64,000 nt of DNA from an uncultured Candidatus Babeliaceae bacterium (GTDB lineage: Bacteria; Babelota; Babeliae; Babelales; Babelaceae): NCBI GenBank assembly GCA_963704655.1, contig OY969927.1, forward strand, positions 96,001 through 160,000, in the 5' to 3' direction. How positions within the stretch are numbered: position 1 is the first letter of the stretch; every line of letters starts with the position of its first letter. The notes below the pieces were generated by a model, which was not told where the DNA came from, ran no database searches, and saw only the letters and a program-made list of their open reading frames with translations. The position numbers were made by a program, and so were the translations under genes. Below are positions 54,476 through 64,000 of the stretch, piece by piece.

Positions 54476-56323
54476 ATGTGCAGTGTGGTTGGATACAATG
54501 GTCATCAAGTATGTAAAAAAATGATACTTGAAGGACTTGCTCGTTTAGAATATCGTGGTTACGATTCTTCTGGGTTTGCGTGTATTACTCCTGCGTTAAA
54601 GCTTGCTAGTGTGAAATCTCAAGGTGGCATAGAACAGCTTTCTTCTAAGATAGCCCTTCATCCTGAGCTTGCATTAGATGGTACTCTTGCAATTGGTCAT
54701 ACTAGATGGTCCACGCATGGTGTTTCGTCAGATAATAATGCGCATCCGCATTATGATTGTCAAAAGACTATTGCTGTTGTACATAATGGTATTATTGAAA
54801 ATTTCGCTTTTCTTAAGGAAAAGCTCCAACTTGTGGGTCATCACTTTATCTCTCAAACAGATACAGAAGTGGTGGCCCATCTTTTTGAAGATGAGCTTAA
54901 GACTAAAACATTAGAAAAAGCAGTTCTCTCTTTGGTTTCTAAAATTCAAGGTGCGTATGCTTTGCTCATTATCTCAGAAAAATATCCCGATTATTTAATT
55001 GCTGTTCGGAAAAGTTCGCCACTTTGCTTAGGCATTGGCAAAGATGAAACGTTTGTTGCTTCAGATGTTTTTGCATTTGTTGGTAAGACAGATCAAGTAG
55101 TTTTTTTACCGGATGAATCATTTGCGGTGATATCTAAAACTGGATATCACGTTTATAATTTTTTTGGTGAACGTATCTATCCACCAGTTCAAAAAAACAC
55201 TTGCACATGGACCCATGAAGGCAAAGGTGGTTATGCCCATTATATGCTTAAAGAGATCTATGAACAAAAACGTGTCATTATAGACACGGTTAATTTTTTA
55301 CGTGCAAGCAAAGCCGCTGGAATACATGAGCTCAATTTATCGTATGAGATGGTCCAAGAATTACAGAATATACATTTTATAGGCTGTGGAACTTCATGGC
55401 ATGCGGGTATGATCGCTGAGTATTTTATGCAAGAAGTTGCACAGATTCCAACACAATCATTCTTAGCATCTGAGTTTCGCTATAAAAAATTCTTTGCATA
55501 CCCACGTTCACTTACATTTATTATTTCTCAATCTGGTGAAACGGCAGACTCACTTGAAGCCTTACGCTTATTGAGTGTTTCAAAGCAACCAACAGTAGCG
55601 CTTACTAATGTTGCATCAAGTTCGATGGTGCGCGAGGCTGATGGTTTTTTACTTACCCAAGCGGGTCAAGAGATTGCAGTTGCGTCAACTAAAGCATTCA
55701 CTGCGCAAGTTGCGGCACTGTATTGGCTTGCTCATTGGATAGCACATATTAAAGGGTTAATTACGACTCAGGCTATTACTCGTGCAGAAGAAGAGTTACT
55801 TGTTGCTGCTGAAATTCTAGAAAATAGTATTGAGCGGTATAAGTTCGATATTATTTCACGTATAGCACCACAGTATGTGCAGTATAAACATTTTATTTTC
55901 CTTGGGAGACATATCAGTTTTCCCTTTGCGCTTGAAGCTGCGCTTAAGTTAAAAGAGATAGCCTACATCTTTGTTGATTGCTACCCTGCAGGTGAACTTA
56001 AGCATGGTCCGCTTGCGCTTATCGACCCTCAAACGCCTGTTGTGTTATTTTCTTGCTTAGATGAAACTATCTATAAAAAATTATGTGGTAATGCGCAAGA
56101 AGTTAAAGCACGCGCGGGACATTTAATTGTCTTTGCTTTTGAGCATCAAAAAGATCTCATTGCACTTGCTGATACGGTGTTTATTTTTCCAAAAGTTAAT
56201 CCACTGCTCGCTCCCCTTGTTATGACCGGGCTGGTTCAATTTTTTGTGTATCAGATCGCAACTATTTTAGATCGACCTATCGACCGCCCGAGAAACTTGG
56301 CAAAATCAGTTACCGTAGAATAA
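54476..56323 (+). CDS. glmS: Glutamine--fructose-6-phosphate transaminase
   Basis: N-terminal Cys, LEYRGYDSSG, GHTRWSTHG, SQSGETAD, ELKHGP, PRNLAKSVTVE. Confidence 0.98.
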   Translation: MCSVVGYNGHQVCKKMILEGLARLEYRGYDSSGFACITPALKLASVKSQGGIEQLSSKIALHPELALDGTLAIGHTRWSTHGVSSDNNAHPHYDCQKTIAVVHNGIIENFAFLKEKLQLVGHHFISQTDTEVVAHLFEDELKTKTLEKAVLSLVSKIQGAYALLIISEKYPDYLIAVRKSSPLCLGIGKDETFVASDVFAFVGKTDQVVFLPDESFAVISKTGYHVYNFFGERIYPPVQKNTCTWTHEGKGGYAHYMLKEIYEQKRVIIDTVNFLRASKAAGIHELNLSYEMVQELQNIHFIGCGTSWHAGMIAEYFMQEVAQIPTQSFLASEFRYKKFFAYPRSLTFIISQSGETADSLEALRLLSVSKQPTVALTNVASSSMVREADGFLLTQAGQEIAVASTKAFTAQVAALYWLAHWIAHIKGLITTQAITRAEEELLVAAEILENSIERYKFDIISRIAPQYVQYKHFIFLGRHISFPFALEAALKLKEIAYIFVDCYPAGELKHGPLALIDPQTPVVLFSCLDETIYKKLCGNAQEVKARAGHLIVFAFEHQKDLIALADTVFIFPKVNPLLAPLVMTGLVQFFVYQIATILDRPIDRPRNLAKSVTVE

Positions 56324-56406
56324 TAATTTTATTAAACTCTAGACATACCTCTTTTTAAGAGTCTATTTTTATAACGTGTTTCATTTTTAAAATTAAGGAA
56401 AGCGTT

Positions 56407-59400
56407 ATGATAAAAAAAGTTATTTTTATGTTCTATGTGGTATGTGTCTTTGTTATGCATGCAGATGAACTTTCTTCATCTGAGATGCTCACTATTATTC
56501 AGAATCCAAATGAAACGTTTGTTACCTTTGGCCCAAGTTCGGGCAATGTAGCAGAAATCTTTAAGAAAATTTCTCAAGAATCCCCAGGATCTTTAATGCC
56601 CGCTTTACAAGCGCTTTGCAAAGAGATCAAAGCGGGTAAAAGCACCGCACCCCGTGAAATTGTAGAAAGTGCTGTACAAGAGGCGATTGTATGTTTACAG
56701 CAATTACAAGAGCGCTTGCTTCAAGAATTGATCCATCAATGGGCAGAAGGGCTACAATCATATCTTCAAAAATTATTAAATAACCAAGTTAATATACAAG
56801 TTTATACTAGCGATGAAGAAGTTGCAGTAAAAGGGCCGCGTCCAGGAACGCCTTTACAACAGGTGATAAATGTTGATCCGCGCTATCTTGATTCACGTGA
56901 TCTCTATCTACGTAATCTTGAAGTTACTGGGGAATTATCGATTAATGATTTAGTTATAACAGGAAGTCCTGCATGTATTACATTTGAAGATTTATCAAAT
57001 AACGTATTAGGTAAAATCTGTGTGACTGAGCATGCTATGGTTCTTGCCCCTGTTCCACCGCGCGCTATTCAAGCAACATGTGATGGTGACTTGCGTGGGG
57101 TATCTGCTATCGATTTTCAAATGAGCAGAGTTTCGCCTGACGAAGTTGCATCTGGAGATTATTCTGTAATTTCTGGCGGACAAAATAATACGGCCTCTGG
57201 CAATTATTCTGTGGTAAGTGGTGGCTTAGATAACAGTGCACTAGGGGAATTCAGTTTTGTTGGTGGCGGTCAAGAAAATACAGCTGGTAATGACTATGTC
57301 TTTATTGGCGCCGGCTTTCTTAACACAGCAACTGGAATCGCATCAGGCGTTGTGACCGGTGCAGAAAATTTTGCAGCTGGTGATTATAGCTTTATTGGTG
57401 GCGGTTTACTTAACGCAGCAACAGGAATCGCATCTGGCGTTATGGTTGGTACAGACAATTTTGCCGGTGGCGATTATAGCTTTGTTGGTGGCGGTGAAAG
57501 CAACCAAGCAGCTGGCTTAGCATCAGTAGTTGTTGGCGGTAAAGGTAATGTTGCTTCTGGCGATTATAGTTTTATTGGCGGGGGTGACCCAAATGTTGCT
57601 TCAGGCTATGCTTCAACCATTGGTGGTGGACAAAATAATACAGCTCAAGGCGATTACAGCTTAGTTGGCGGCGGTGAAAATAATAATGCACAAAATGATT
57701 ATGATGCCGTAGTAAGTGGTTCTGGAAATACTGCTTCTTTTGGTTATAGCTTTGTCGGTGGCGGACAACAAAATACTGCAGAATTATATTCTGTTGTTGG
57801 TGGAGGCGCATCTAATGCAGCTTCACAGCTACTTACTGTTGTAGTTGGCGGGGTTGGAAATACCGCATCAGAGCGTTATGCTGCTGTTGTTGGCGGTCAA
57901 CATAATACAGCTTCAGGTTACAATAGTTTTGTTGGCGACGGTTATTATAATAATGCACAAAATGATTATGATGCTGTCGTAAGTGGTTCTGGAAATATTG
58001 CAAACGGGCCATTTGCTTTTGTTGGCAGCGGCCAAGGAAATATGGCATTAGCACGAGGTGCTGCTGTCGTTGGCGGCGGTTCAGATAGTTCAAATCCGAA
58101 TAGCCCAAATATCGCATCTGGACTTGATTCATTTATTGGCGGTGGTATTGGAAATACTATTAATAGTAGCGCACTATATTCAGCAATCGTAAGTGGTTCT
58201 GGAAGTTCTGCAGAAGGTAGGTTCGCATTTATAGGCGGTGGTTATAATAATACCGCTTTAGGTGAATGTTCCGTGGTTGTTGGTGGCGGCACTGATGGAA
58301 TTAATTTCTCCGGAAATGTGGCATCCGGTGCGACATCATTTGTTGGCGGCGGCTTTAGCAACCAAGCAACATCTGGTTATTCTGCGGTTGTTGGCGGTAG
58401 TGTAAATCAGGCATCTGCTTCTGGTAGTTTTGTTGGGGGCGGACAATATAATATCGCACAAGGAACGGATTCATTTGTAGGTGGCGGTTATTACAACAAC
58501 GCCGCAGGGTTTTGTTCAGTTGTTGTTGGGGGTGGCTCAGATAATACTATTAACCGTGCGGGTAATGTTGCATTAGGAAGCGCGTCATTTATTGGTAGCG
58601 GTGTTGGCAACCAAACAGTTAGTAATTATGATGCTGTGGTAAGTGGCTCTGGAAATACTGCAAATGGGCCATTTGCATTTGTCGGGAACGGCCAAGGTAA
58701 TATGGCATTAGCACAAGGCGCTGTTGTCGTTGGTGGCGGTTCAGATATTTTAAATCCGAATAGCCCAAATATCGCATCTGGATTAGATTCATTTATTGGC
58801 GCAGGTATTGGTAATAATATTGATAGTGGCTCACCATATTCAAGCATAGTTAGTGGCTCTGGAAATATCGAAGAAGGTTCGGCCTTCAGTTTCATTGGCG
58901 GCGGTGTGAGAAATACACTCAATGAAACAATGTTTTCTGTTGTTGGTGGCGGTTTAGAAAATACAGTTTATTCATCACCATTTTCTGTTGTAGGTGGTGG
59001 GCAGTTCAATACAGTAAGTATTGGATCGACATTGGCTTTTGTAGGTGGTGGGCTGTCCAATACAATAAGTGAAGCGCCATTTTCTGTTGTAGGTGGTGGG
59101 CAAGCAAATACTGCTGGTAATGACTATGTCTTTGTTGGCGGCGGTTTAGTTAACACAGCAACAGGAATTGCATCTGGCGTTATGGTTGGTACAGGAAATT
59201 TTGCCGGTGGCAATTATAGCTTTGTTGGTGGCGGCGAAAGCAACCAAGCAGCTGGCTTAGCATCAGTAGTTGTTGGTGGTAAAGGCAATGTTGCTTCTGG
59301 CGATTATAGTTTTATTGGCGGCGGTGACCCTAATGTTGCATCTGGAAAATATTCAGTAGTTACTGGTGGTCTTAATAATACAGCTCTAGGCGACAATAGT

Positions 59401-62400
59401 TTTGTTGGTGGCGGCTATTATAATAATGCACAAAATACTTATGATGCTGTCGTAAGTGGTTCTGGAAATAGTGCAAGTGGGCCATTTGCTTTTGTTGGTG
59501 GCGGATTTGAAAACCAGGGATATGGTGCTGGCTCAGTGATTGTCGGTGGCGGTTATGATGGCACCAATTATGCTGGCAATACTATTTCTACTGATGGAAC
59601 CGCATACGCATCATTTATTGGCGGCGGTCTTAATAATAACATTGAAAGTGATTCGCAATATTCAGCTATAGTAAGTGGTTCTAGTAATACCATTTATCCA
59701 ATGTCTTCATATTCAGTTATAGTTGGCGGTCAAGGAAATGTGGTAGAGGACGCTCAGTGTTTTATTGGTGGTGGAATAAATAATAAAGCCGAAGGTCAAT
59801 TTTGTGTAGTAGTTGGTGGCCTGTCTAATGCTGCTGGCAATTCTTATGATGGCGTTGTATGTGGTTCTGGAAATAACGCATCTGGCGGCTATAGTTTTAT
59901 TGGTGCTGGCATTGGAAACTCTGTTTTTGGAGAAGATTCATTTGTTGGTGCTGGCCTTGGAAATCTGGCACAAGATACTTATGATGCAGTTGTAAGTGGT
60001 TCTGGAAATAGTGCAAGTGGGCCATTTGCTTTTGTTGGCGGGGGCTATAATAACCAGGCATATGGTGTTGGCTCAGTGATTGTCGGTGGCGGTTATGATG
60101 GCACCAATTATGCTGGCAATACTATTTCAACCGATGGATTATCACCTGCGTCATTTATTGGCGGCGGCATTGGAAATAGTATTAAAACTTACTCACCATA
60201 TTCTGGCATTGTAAGTGGCTCTGGAAATACTGCAAATGGGCCATGTTCTTTTGTAGGCGGTGGCTTTGAAAATCAGGCATTAGCACAGGGCGCTGTTGTT
60301 GTTGGTGGCGGCATTAGTGAAAATGATTCTCCTGCGGGTAATGCTTCATCGGGTGTATCATCATTTATTGGTGGCGGTCTTGCAAATACCATCAACCCGG
60401 GTGCTGCTTATTCAGGAATTGTGAGTGGTTCTGGAAACACTATTGTTGCGGGCGGCCAATTCTGCTTTATTGGTGGCGGTTATGAAAATAATGTCAATGG
60501 ACCAACGGGATATATCGGAGGTGGAAGTTCAAACACCATTGGAACCGGTGCAAATATTTCTACGATTGTTGCTGGTCAAAGCAATACTATTCAGCCATAC
60601 ACGGGTCATGCATTTATTGGTGGTGGTTTTGACAATACCATTTACCAAAGCGCTGGTGCTGAAGCTTATTCAGTTATAACTGGTGGCGCTGGAAACAACA
60701 TCCAGCCTAACGGTTATTATGGCTTCATAGGTGGCGGTCTTGCAAATACCATCAATCCAAACGCTGCTTATTCAGGAATTGTGAGTGGTTCTGGCAACAT
60801 TGCTTCTGGCGGATTCGCATTCATTGGTGGCGGTTATGAAAACCAGGCAATTGGAGAAGGTTCTGTTGTTGTTGGTGGCGGTAATGATGGCACGAATCCA
60901 GCAGTTGGAAATCGTGCATTAGGTACAGCATCATTTGTTGGTGGTGGCATTGCAAACACTGCTGGAAGTACTTACGACGCTGTAGTAAGTGGTTCGGGTA
61001 ATATTGCTTCTGGCCCATTTGCATTTGTAGGCGCTGGTTATAATAACATTGCATCAGGAGCAGGATCTGTTGTTGTTGGTGGCGGCTATTATAACAATGG
61101 TTTGAATACTTATCTTGCTGGAAATAGCACTAATGGGAATTCTACCAGCTTTATTGGTGGTGGATTGAACAATCAAATAGCGGGACCATATAGTTATGTC
61201 AATACAATAGTAAGCGGATCTACTAATTATATTGGCGAAACTTCTTCTTATAACCTTATTGGCTCAGGTGTAAATAACGTTATTAGAAATAGTAATAGTG
61301 GCTCAAATTATTCAGCAATACTCATGGGATATGCTAACCAGATACTTGATAATAATTACTCAACTATTGTAAGCGGATCGAGCAACACCTTACATGCGCC
61401 GGGCTCTGGAACATATTCTGGCAATTTTATCGGTGGTGGTACAGCTAACCAAATCACCGGAAATTACGCAGTTATTGCGGGTGGTGAAAACAACCAAATT
61501 GGTACTAGCTATGGTGTTATAGTTGGTGGCCAAAATAATGCTGCTGGTAACTACGCTGTTGTTGGTGGCGGTTATAATAACACTGCATCAGGAGCAGGAT
61601 CTGTTATTGTTGGTGGTGGATTTGATAATACAACGTATGCTCAAAATAGCACCAGCTCTAATGCTACTTTTATTGGTGGTGGCTTGAATAATATCATTAA
61701 TGGCAACAGTGCTTATTCAGCTATTGTAAGTGGTTCATCTAATGCTATTAATATTAACTCAATAGGTTCTGTTATCGGTGGTGGCACAGGTAACCAAATC
61801 ACGGCAAATTACGCTGTTATCCCAGGTGGTGCAAATAATACTGCAAAGGGCAATTACTCATTTGTTGCAGGTCAAAATGCAAGTGATTCTGCTTCAGGAA
61901 CTGCCTATAGTAATGTATTCGTTTGGGCAGATGGCACAACACCTACACTTACCGTAACAGCAAACAAGTCATTCAATGTCCTTGCTCATGGCGGAGTGCA
62001 ATTTGCAACTTCTGTCGATGGCTCAGGTAATTTAGCAAATGGTGTATATCTTCCTGGTGGATCAGGCGGTTGGATAAATACATCTGATAAGTCTGTAAAG
62101 AATAGTTTTGAAGAAGTAGATTCATTAGATGTATTAGATAAAGTAGTACATTTGCCTATTGAAAAATGGAGTTATAATACACAAAATTCTTCAATTCGTC
62201 ATATGGGCCCTTATGCACAAGACTTCCATAAAGCATTTGGCCTTGGTGAAGATCCACGCGGTATTAACACCGTTGATGCTGAAGGCGTGTTGTTTGCAGC
62301 AATTCAGGGTATGTATGAACTGCATAAAGATGATATGAGGAAAATGAAAGCCCAAATCAAGAAGTTAGAAAACAGAATTAAAGAATTAGAGGGCCAAGAA

Positions 62401-62460
62401 AAAACAACAGGCAGTTCATGGTTTTCCAGAAGTGAACCAGTAGATGAATTGGAAGAGTAA
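56407..62460 (+). CDS. Giant exported Gly-rich repeat fibre/adhesin with C-terminal peptidase S74 (intramolecular chaperone) domain
   Basis: Signal peptide; about 1600 aa of ~15-aa repeats S(F/V)(I/V)GGGxxNxAxG; TSDKSVK...RHMGPYAQDFHKAFGLG followed by a coiled coil. Confidence 0.85.
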   Translation: MIKKVIFMFYVVCVFVMHADELSSSEMLTIIQNPNETFVTFGPSSGNVAEIFKKISQESPGSLMPALQALCKEIKAGKSTAPREIVESAVQEAIVCLQQLQERLLQELIHQWAEGLQSYLQKLLNNQVNIQVYTSDEEVAVKGPRPGTPLQQVINVDPRYLDSRDLYLRNLEVTGELSINDLVITGSPACITFEDLSNNVLGKICVTEHAMVLAPVPPRAIQATCDGDLRGVSAIDFQMSRVSPDEVASGDYSVISGGQNNTASGNYSVVSGGLDNSALGEFSFVGGGQENTAGNDYVFIGAGFLNTATGIASGVVTGAENFAAGDYSFIGGGLLNAATGIASGVMVGTDNFAGGDYSFVGGGESNQAAGLASVVVGGKGNVASGDYSFIGGGDPNVASGYASTIGGGQNNTAQGDYSLVGGGENNNAQNDYDAVVSGSGNTASFGYSFVGGGQQNTAELYSVVGGGASNAASQLLTVVVGGVGNTASERYAAVVGGQHNTASGYNSFVGDGYYNNAQNDYDAVVSGSGNIANGPFAFVGSGQGNMALARGAAVVGGGSDSSNPNSPNIASGLDSFIGGGIGNTINSSALYSAIVSGSGSSAEGRFAFIGGGYNNTALGECSVVVGGGTDGINFSGNVASGATSFVGGGFSNQATSGYSAVVGGSVNQASASGSFVGGGQYNIAQGTDSFVGGGYYNNAAGFCSVVVGGGSDNTINRAGNVALGSASFIGSGVGNQTVSNYDAVVSGSGNTANGPFAFVGNGQGNMALAQGAVVVGGGSDILNPNSPNIASGLDSFIGAGIGNNIDSGSPYSSIVSGSGNIEEGSAFSFIGGGVRNTLNETMFSVVGGGLENTVYSSPFSVVGGGQFNTVSIGSTLAFVGGGLSNTISEAPFSVVGGGQANTAGNDYVFVGGGLVNTATGIASGVMVGTGNFAGGNYSFVGGGESNQAAGLASVVVGGKGNVASGDYSFIGGGDPNVASGKYSVVTGGLNNTALGDNSFVGGGYYNNAQNTYDAVVSGSGNSASGPFAFVGGGFENQGYGAGSVIVGGGYDGTNYAGNTISTDGTAYASFIGGGLNNNIESDSQYSAIVSGSSNTIYPMSSYSVIVGGQGNVVEDAQCFIGGGINNKAEGQFCVVVGGLSNAAGNSYDGVVCGSGNNASGGYSFIGAGIGNSVFGEDSFVGAGLGNLAQDTYDAVVSGSGNSASGPFAFVGGGYNNQAYGVGSVIVGGGYDGTNYAGNTISTDGLSPASFIGGGIGNSIKTYSPYSGIVSGSGNTANGPCSFVGGGFENQALAQGAVVVGGGISENDSPAGNASSGVSSFIGGGLANTINPGAAYSGIVSGSGNTIVAGGQFCFIGGGYENNVNGPTGYIGGGSSNTIGTGANISTIVAGQSNTIQPYTGHAFIGGGFDNTIYQSAGAEAYSVITGGAGNNIQPNGYYGFIGGGLANTINPNAAYSGIVSGSGNIASGGFAFIGGGYENQAIGEGSVVVGGGNDGTNPAVGNRALGTASFVGGGIANTAGSTYDAVVSGSGNIASGPFAFVGAGYNNIASGAGSVVVGGGYYNNGLNTYLAGNSTNGNSTSFIGGGLNNQIAGPYSYVNTIVSGSTNYIGETSSYNLIGSGVNNVIRNSNSGSNYSAILMGYANQILDNNYSTIVSGSSNTLHAPGSGTYSGNFIGGGTANQITGNYAVIAGGENNQIGTSYGVIVGGQNNAAGNYAVVGGGYNNTASGAGSVIVGGGFDNTTYAQNSTSSNATFIGGGLNNIINGNSAYSAIVSGSSNAININSIGSVIGGGTGNQITANYAVIPGGANNTAKGNYSFVAGQNASDSASGTAYSNVFVWADGTTPTLTVTANKSFNVLAHGGVQFATSVDGSGNLANGVYLPGGSGGWINTSDKSVKNSFEEVDSLDVLDKVVHLPIEKWSYNTQNSSIRHMGPYAQDFHKAFGLGEDPRGINTVDAEGVLFAAIQGMYELHKDDMRKMKAQIKKLENRIKELEGQEKTTGSSWFSRSEPVDELEE

Positions 62461-62492
62461 GAATTAAGGATAGTTAAAAGAACTGTTTATAT

Positions 62493-62530
62493 AAAAAGGG
62501 GTTCGGATTTTTCCGGGCCCCTTTTGTTTT
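62493..62530 (+). terminator. Intrinsic terminator
   Basis: AAAAGGGGTTCGGA..TCCGGGCCCCTTTT followed by a T-run. Confidence 0.8.
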
Positions 62531-62592
62531 ATAAATCTTTTTGCTATCTTGATACCAGTTTTTTCACACGCTATTAATAAAAAGGATTTATC

Positions 62593-63204
62593 ATGAATGT
62601 ATGGGCATTATTTTTAAGTTTTATTAGTTCACTTTCTGTTCCAAGTTGCGCTGCAAAAAAAATTGATACGCAAGCAGCAAAAAATGATCACAAAGCTCAG
62701 GTTGTTGTCCTTATGTCAACAGACAGGCCAGACAGTAACACAAGCCGTGTAGCAGATAACGTGGTTGCTGCATATCAGCAAACCGGTCTTTCTGCAGAGC
62801 TTTTTAAAGTAACAGATTTCGGTGCAGATTTTTATGCGCCAACTGCCTATGCACAAAGGCCAGAAGCTTTTACAAAATTTAATGATGCAGTATTAGCTGC
62901 AGATTTGGTAGTGTTGGTAACCCCAGAATATAATGCTACCGTGCCAGCGCCATTAACACGCGTGATTAATTTATTATCATTTCCAAATTCATTTCAAGAT
63001 AAAAAATATGCAATTGTTTCATTGAGCATGAGTCCTTATGCTGCTGCACGTGCGCATGAGCAACTTAAAAAGACATTGCTTGATCTGCATGCAGATGTTC
63101 AAGATAACTTGAATCTAAAAGTTGCTGAAGTTCAAAATGTAACCAAAAGCACCAATATCTATGCTGACCATGCTGCAAAAGTTGCAGAAGCGTTACAAAA
63201 ATAA
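62593..63204 (+). CDS. NAD(P)H-dependent FMN reductase-family protein with signal/lipoprotein-like N-terminus
   Basis: STDRPDSNT, ADLVVLVTPEYNATVP. Confidence 0.8.
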   Translation: MNVWALFLSFISSLSVPSCAAKKIDTQAAKNDHKAQVVVLMSTDRPDSNTSRVADNVVAAYQQTGLSAELFKVTDFGADFYAPTAYAQRPEAFTKFNDAVLAADLVVLVTPEYNATVPAPLTRVINLLSFPNSFQDKKYAIVSLSMSPYAAARAHEQLKKTLLDLHADVQDNLNLKVAEVQNVTKSTNIYADHAAKVAEALQK

Positions 63205-63218
63205 TAATAAAAATGGGC

Positions 63219-63252
63219 AAAAAAAGGGGCTGGAATTTTCCAGCCCTTTTTT
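63219..63252 (+). terminator. Intrinsic terminator
   Basis: AAAAAGGGGCTGGAA-TT-TTCCAGCCCTTTTTT. Confidence 0.85.
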
Positions 63253-63342
63253 ACTTAATTTAGAAAAAGGATCAAAAAATATTGCTTTTTGAGGGATTTG
63301 TCTGGTAATATGGTAATAATAAGTCTAAAGCGTAAGGCAAAT

Positions 63343-64000
63343 ATGAATTATAAGAAGAGAATTTACGAAAAATTAATTAAAGATGCTGCCAAACTTTTTA
63401 AAATCATCTTTCTTGTCGGAGCCAGGCAGGTTGGGAAGAGTTCGTTATTTAAACATCTATTTCCGAACCTAAAAGTATTTGTTTTTGATCCTGTACAAGA
63501 TATGTACAATGTCCGAAAGGACCCAGATCTTTTTTTGAAGGATTTTGGCACACCTTTAGTTCTTGATGAAATTCAATTTGTTCCGGAGGTTTTACCATCA
63601 TTAAAAAGATTTGCAGATAATTCAGATGCAAAGGGTCAATATTTTTTAACCGGCTCCCAGCAACTTTCAATTTTAAAATCAGTTTCAGAGTCTTTGGCTG
63701 GCCGAGTGGTTATTATCCCCATTGGTCCTATGACACCTCAAGAAATGTACGATACTTTTGATGAAGAGAAAAATTGGTTTTTGCAGTATGTAAAAAATCC
63801 AGATTCTTTTTTTAAAAATGTTGATAAAAAAATTAATAATGCGCCATCACGACTTGAGGCTATTTGGCGCGGCGGCATGCCGGGTATAATCGAGTTGCCC
63901 AATAGCGCATTGCCTTTATATTTTTCTTCTTACGTACAAACATATGTTGAGCGCGATGTGCGGTTGCTTGAAAATATCGAGGACCTTGCAGCATTTGGTA
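63343..64000 (+). CDS. AAA+ ATPase (AAA_14/DUF4143-type), truncated by the window end
   Basis: Manual translation: Walker A GARQVGKS, Walker B LVLDEIQ, LTGSQ, ESLAGR, RGGMP, YVERDV. Confidence 0.9.
   Translation, partial: MNYKKRIYEKLIKDAAKLFKIIFLVGARQVGKSSLFKHLFPNLKVFVFDPVQDMYNVRKDPDLFLKDFGTPLVLDEIQFVPEVLPSLKRFADNSDAKGQYFLTGSQQLSILKSVSESLAGRVVIIPIGPMTPQEMYDTFDEEKNWFLQYVKNPDSFFKNVDKKINNAPSRLEAIWRGGMPGIIELPNSALPLYFSSYVQTYVERDVRLLENIEDLAAFG

Noticed and set aside
56290-56406. Tn7-like insertion at the glmS 3' end (attTn7)
   Set aside because: No Tn7 terminal repeat or tns genes are visible downstream within the window.
57150-61870. CRISPR array or DGR-like repeats
   Set aside because: The repeats are in-frame coding units of one ORF; there is no constant repeat-spacer periodicity and no cas or reverse transcriptase gene.

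Overview
AT-rich bacterial chromosome segment. By inference it comes from an intracellular parasite of protists and is consistent with Ca. Dependentiae/TM6 (Babelota): it has many short Sec-signal-peptide orphan genes and ankyrin/F-box and Sel1-like proteins. The core backbone is tRNA-Tyr/Gly/Thr/Thr-rpmG-tRNA-Trp-secE-nusG-rplKAJL-rpoBC (no tuf), tRNA-Val-rpsO-pnp-rph-holA-like, HAD-cdaA-cdaR-glmM-DUF502, sufU-nurA, dnaJ, gyrB-tilS, and tadA-dksA-tRNA-Thr-rpsI-glmS. rpoB/rpoC (about 7.1-14.0 kb) and gyrB carry indels that are most likely sequencing errors. About 26 predicted exported proteins are interspersed, and several carry eukaryote-type motifs: a tandem family with N-terminal PPxY and C-terminal CaaL prenylation motifs, two proteins with bZIP-like basic regions, an ankyrin-like/F-box protein, an R-SNARE-like protein, four exported HAD paralogues, and a three-gene hydrophobic-hairpin/coiled-coil operon. 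Two single orphan genes are each bracketed by a duplicated 3' end of the neighbouring gene (att-like), and one of them has a C10 tract in its promoter spacer. Also present: a catalytically degenerate CdaA, a Cys-rich insertion in RpoB, dispersed REP-like palindromes, two toxin-antitoxin pairs and a 2017-aa repeat fibre protein with a peptidase S74 chaperone domain. All calls are by eye; no database search was run.
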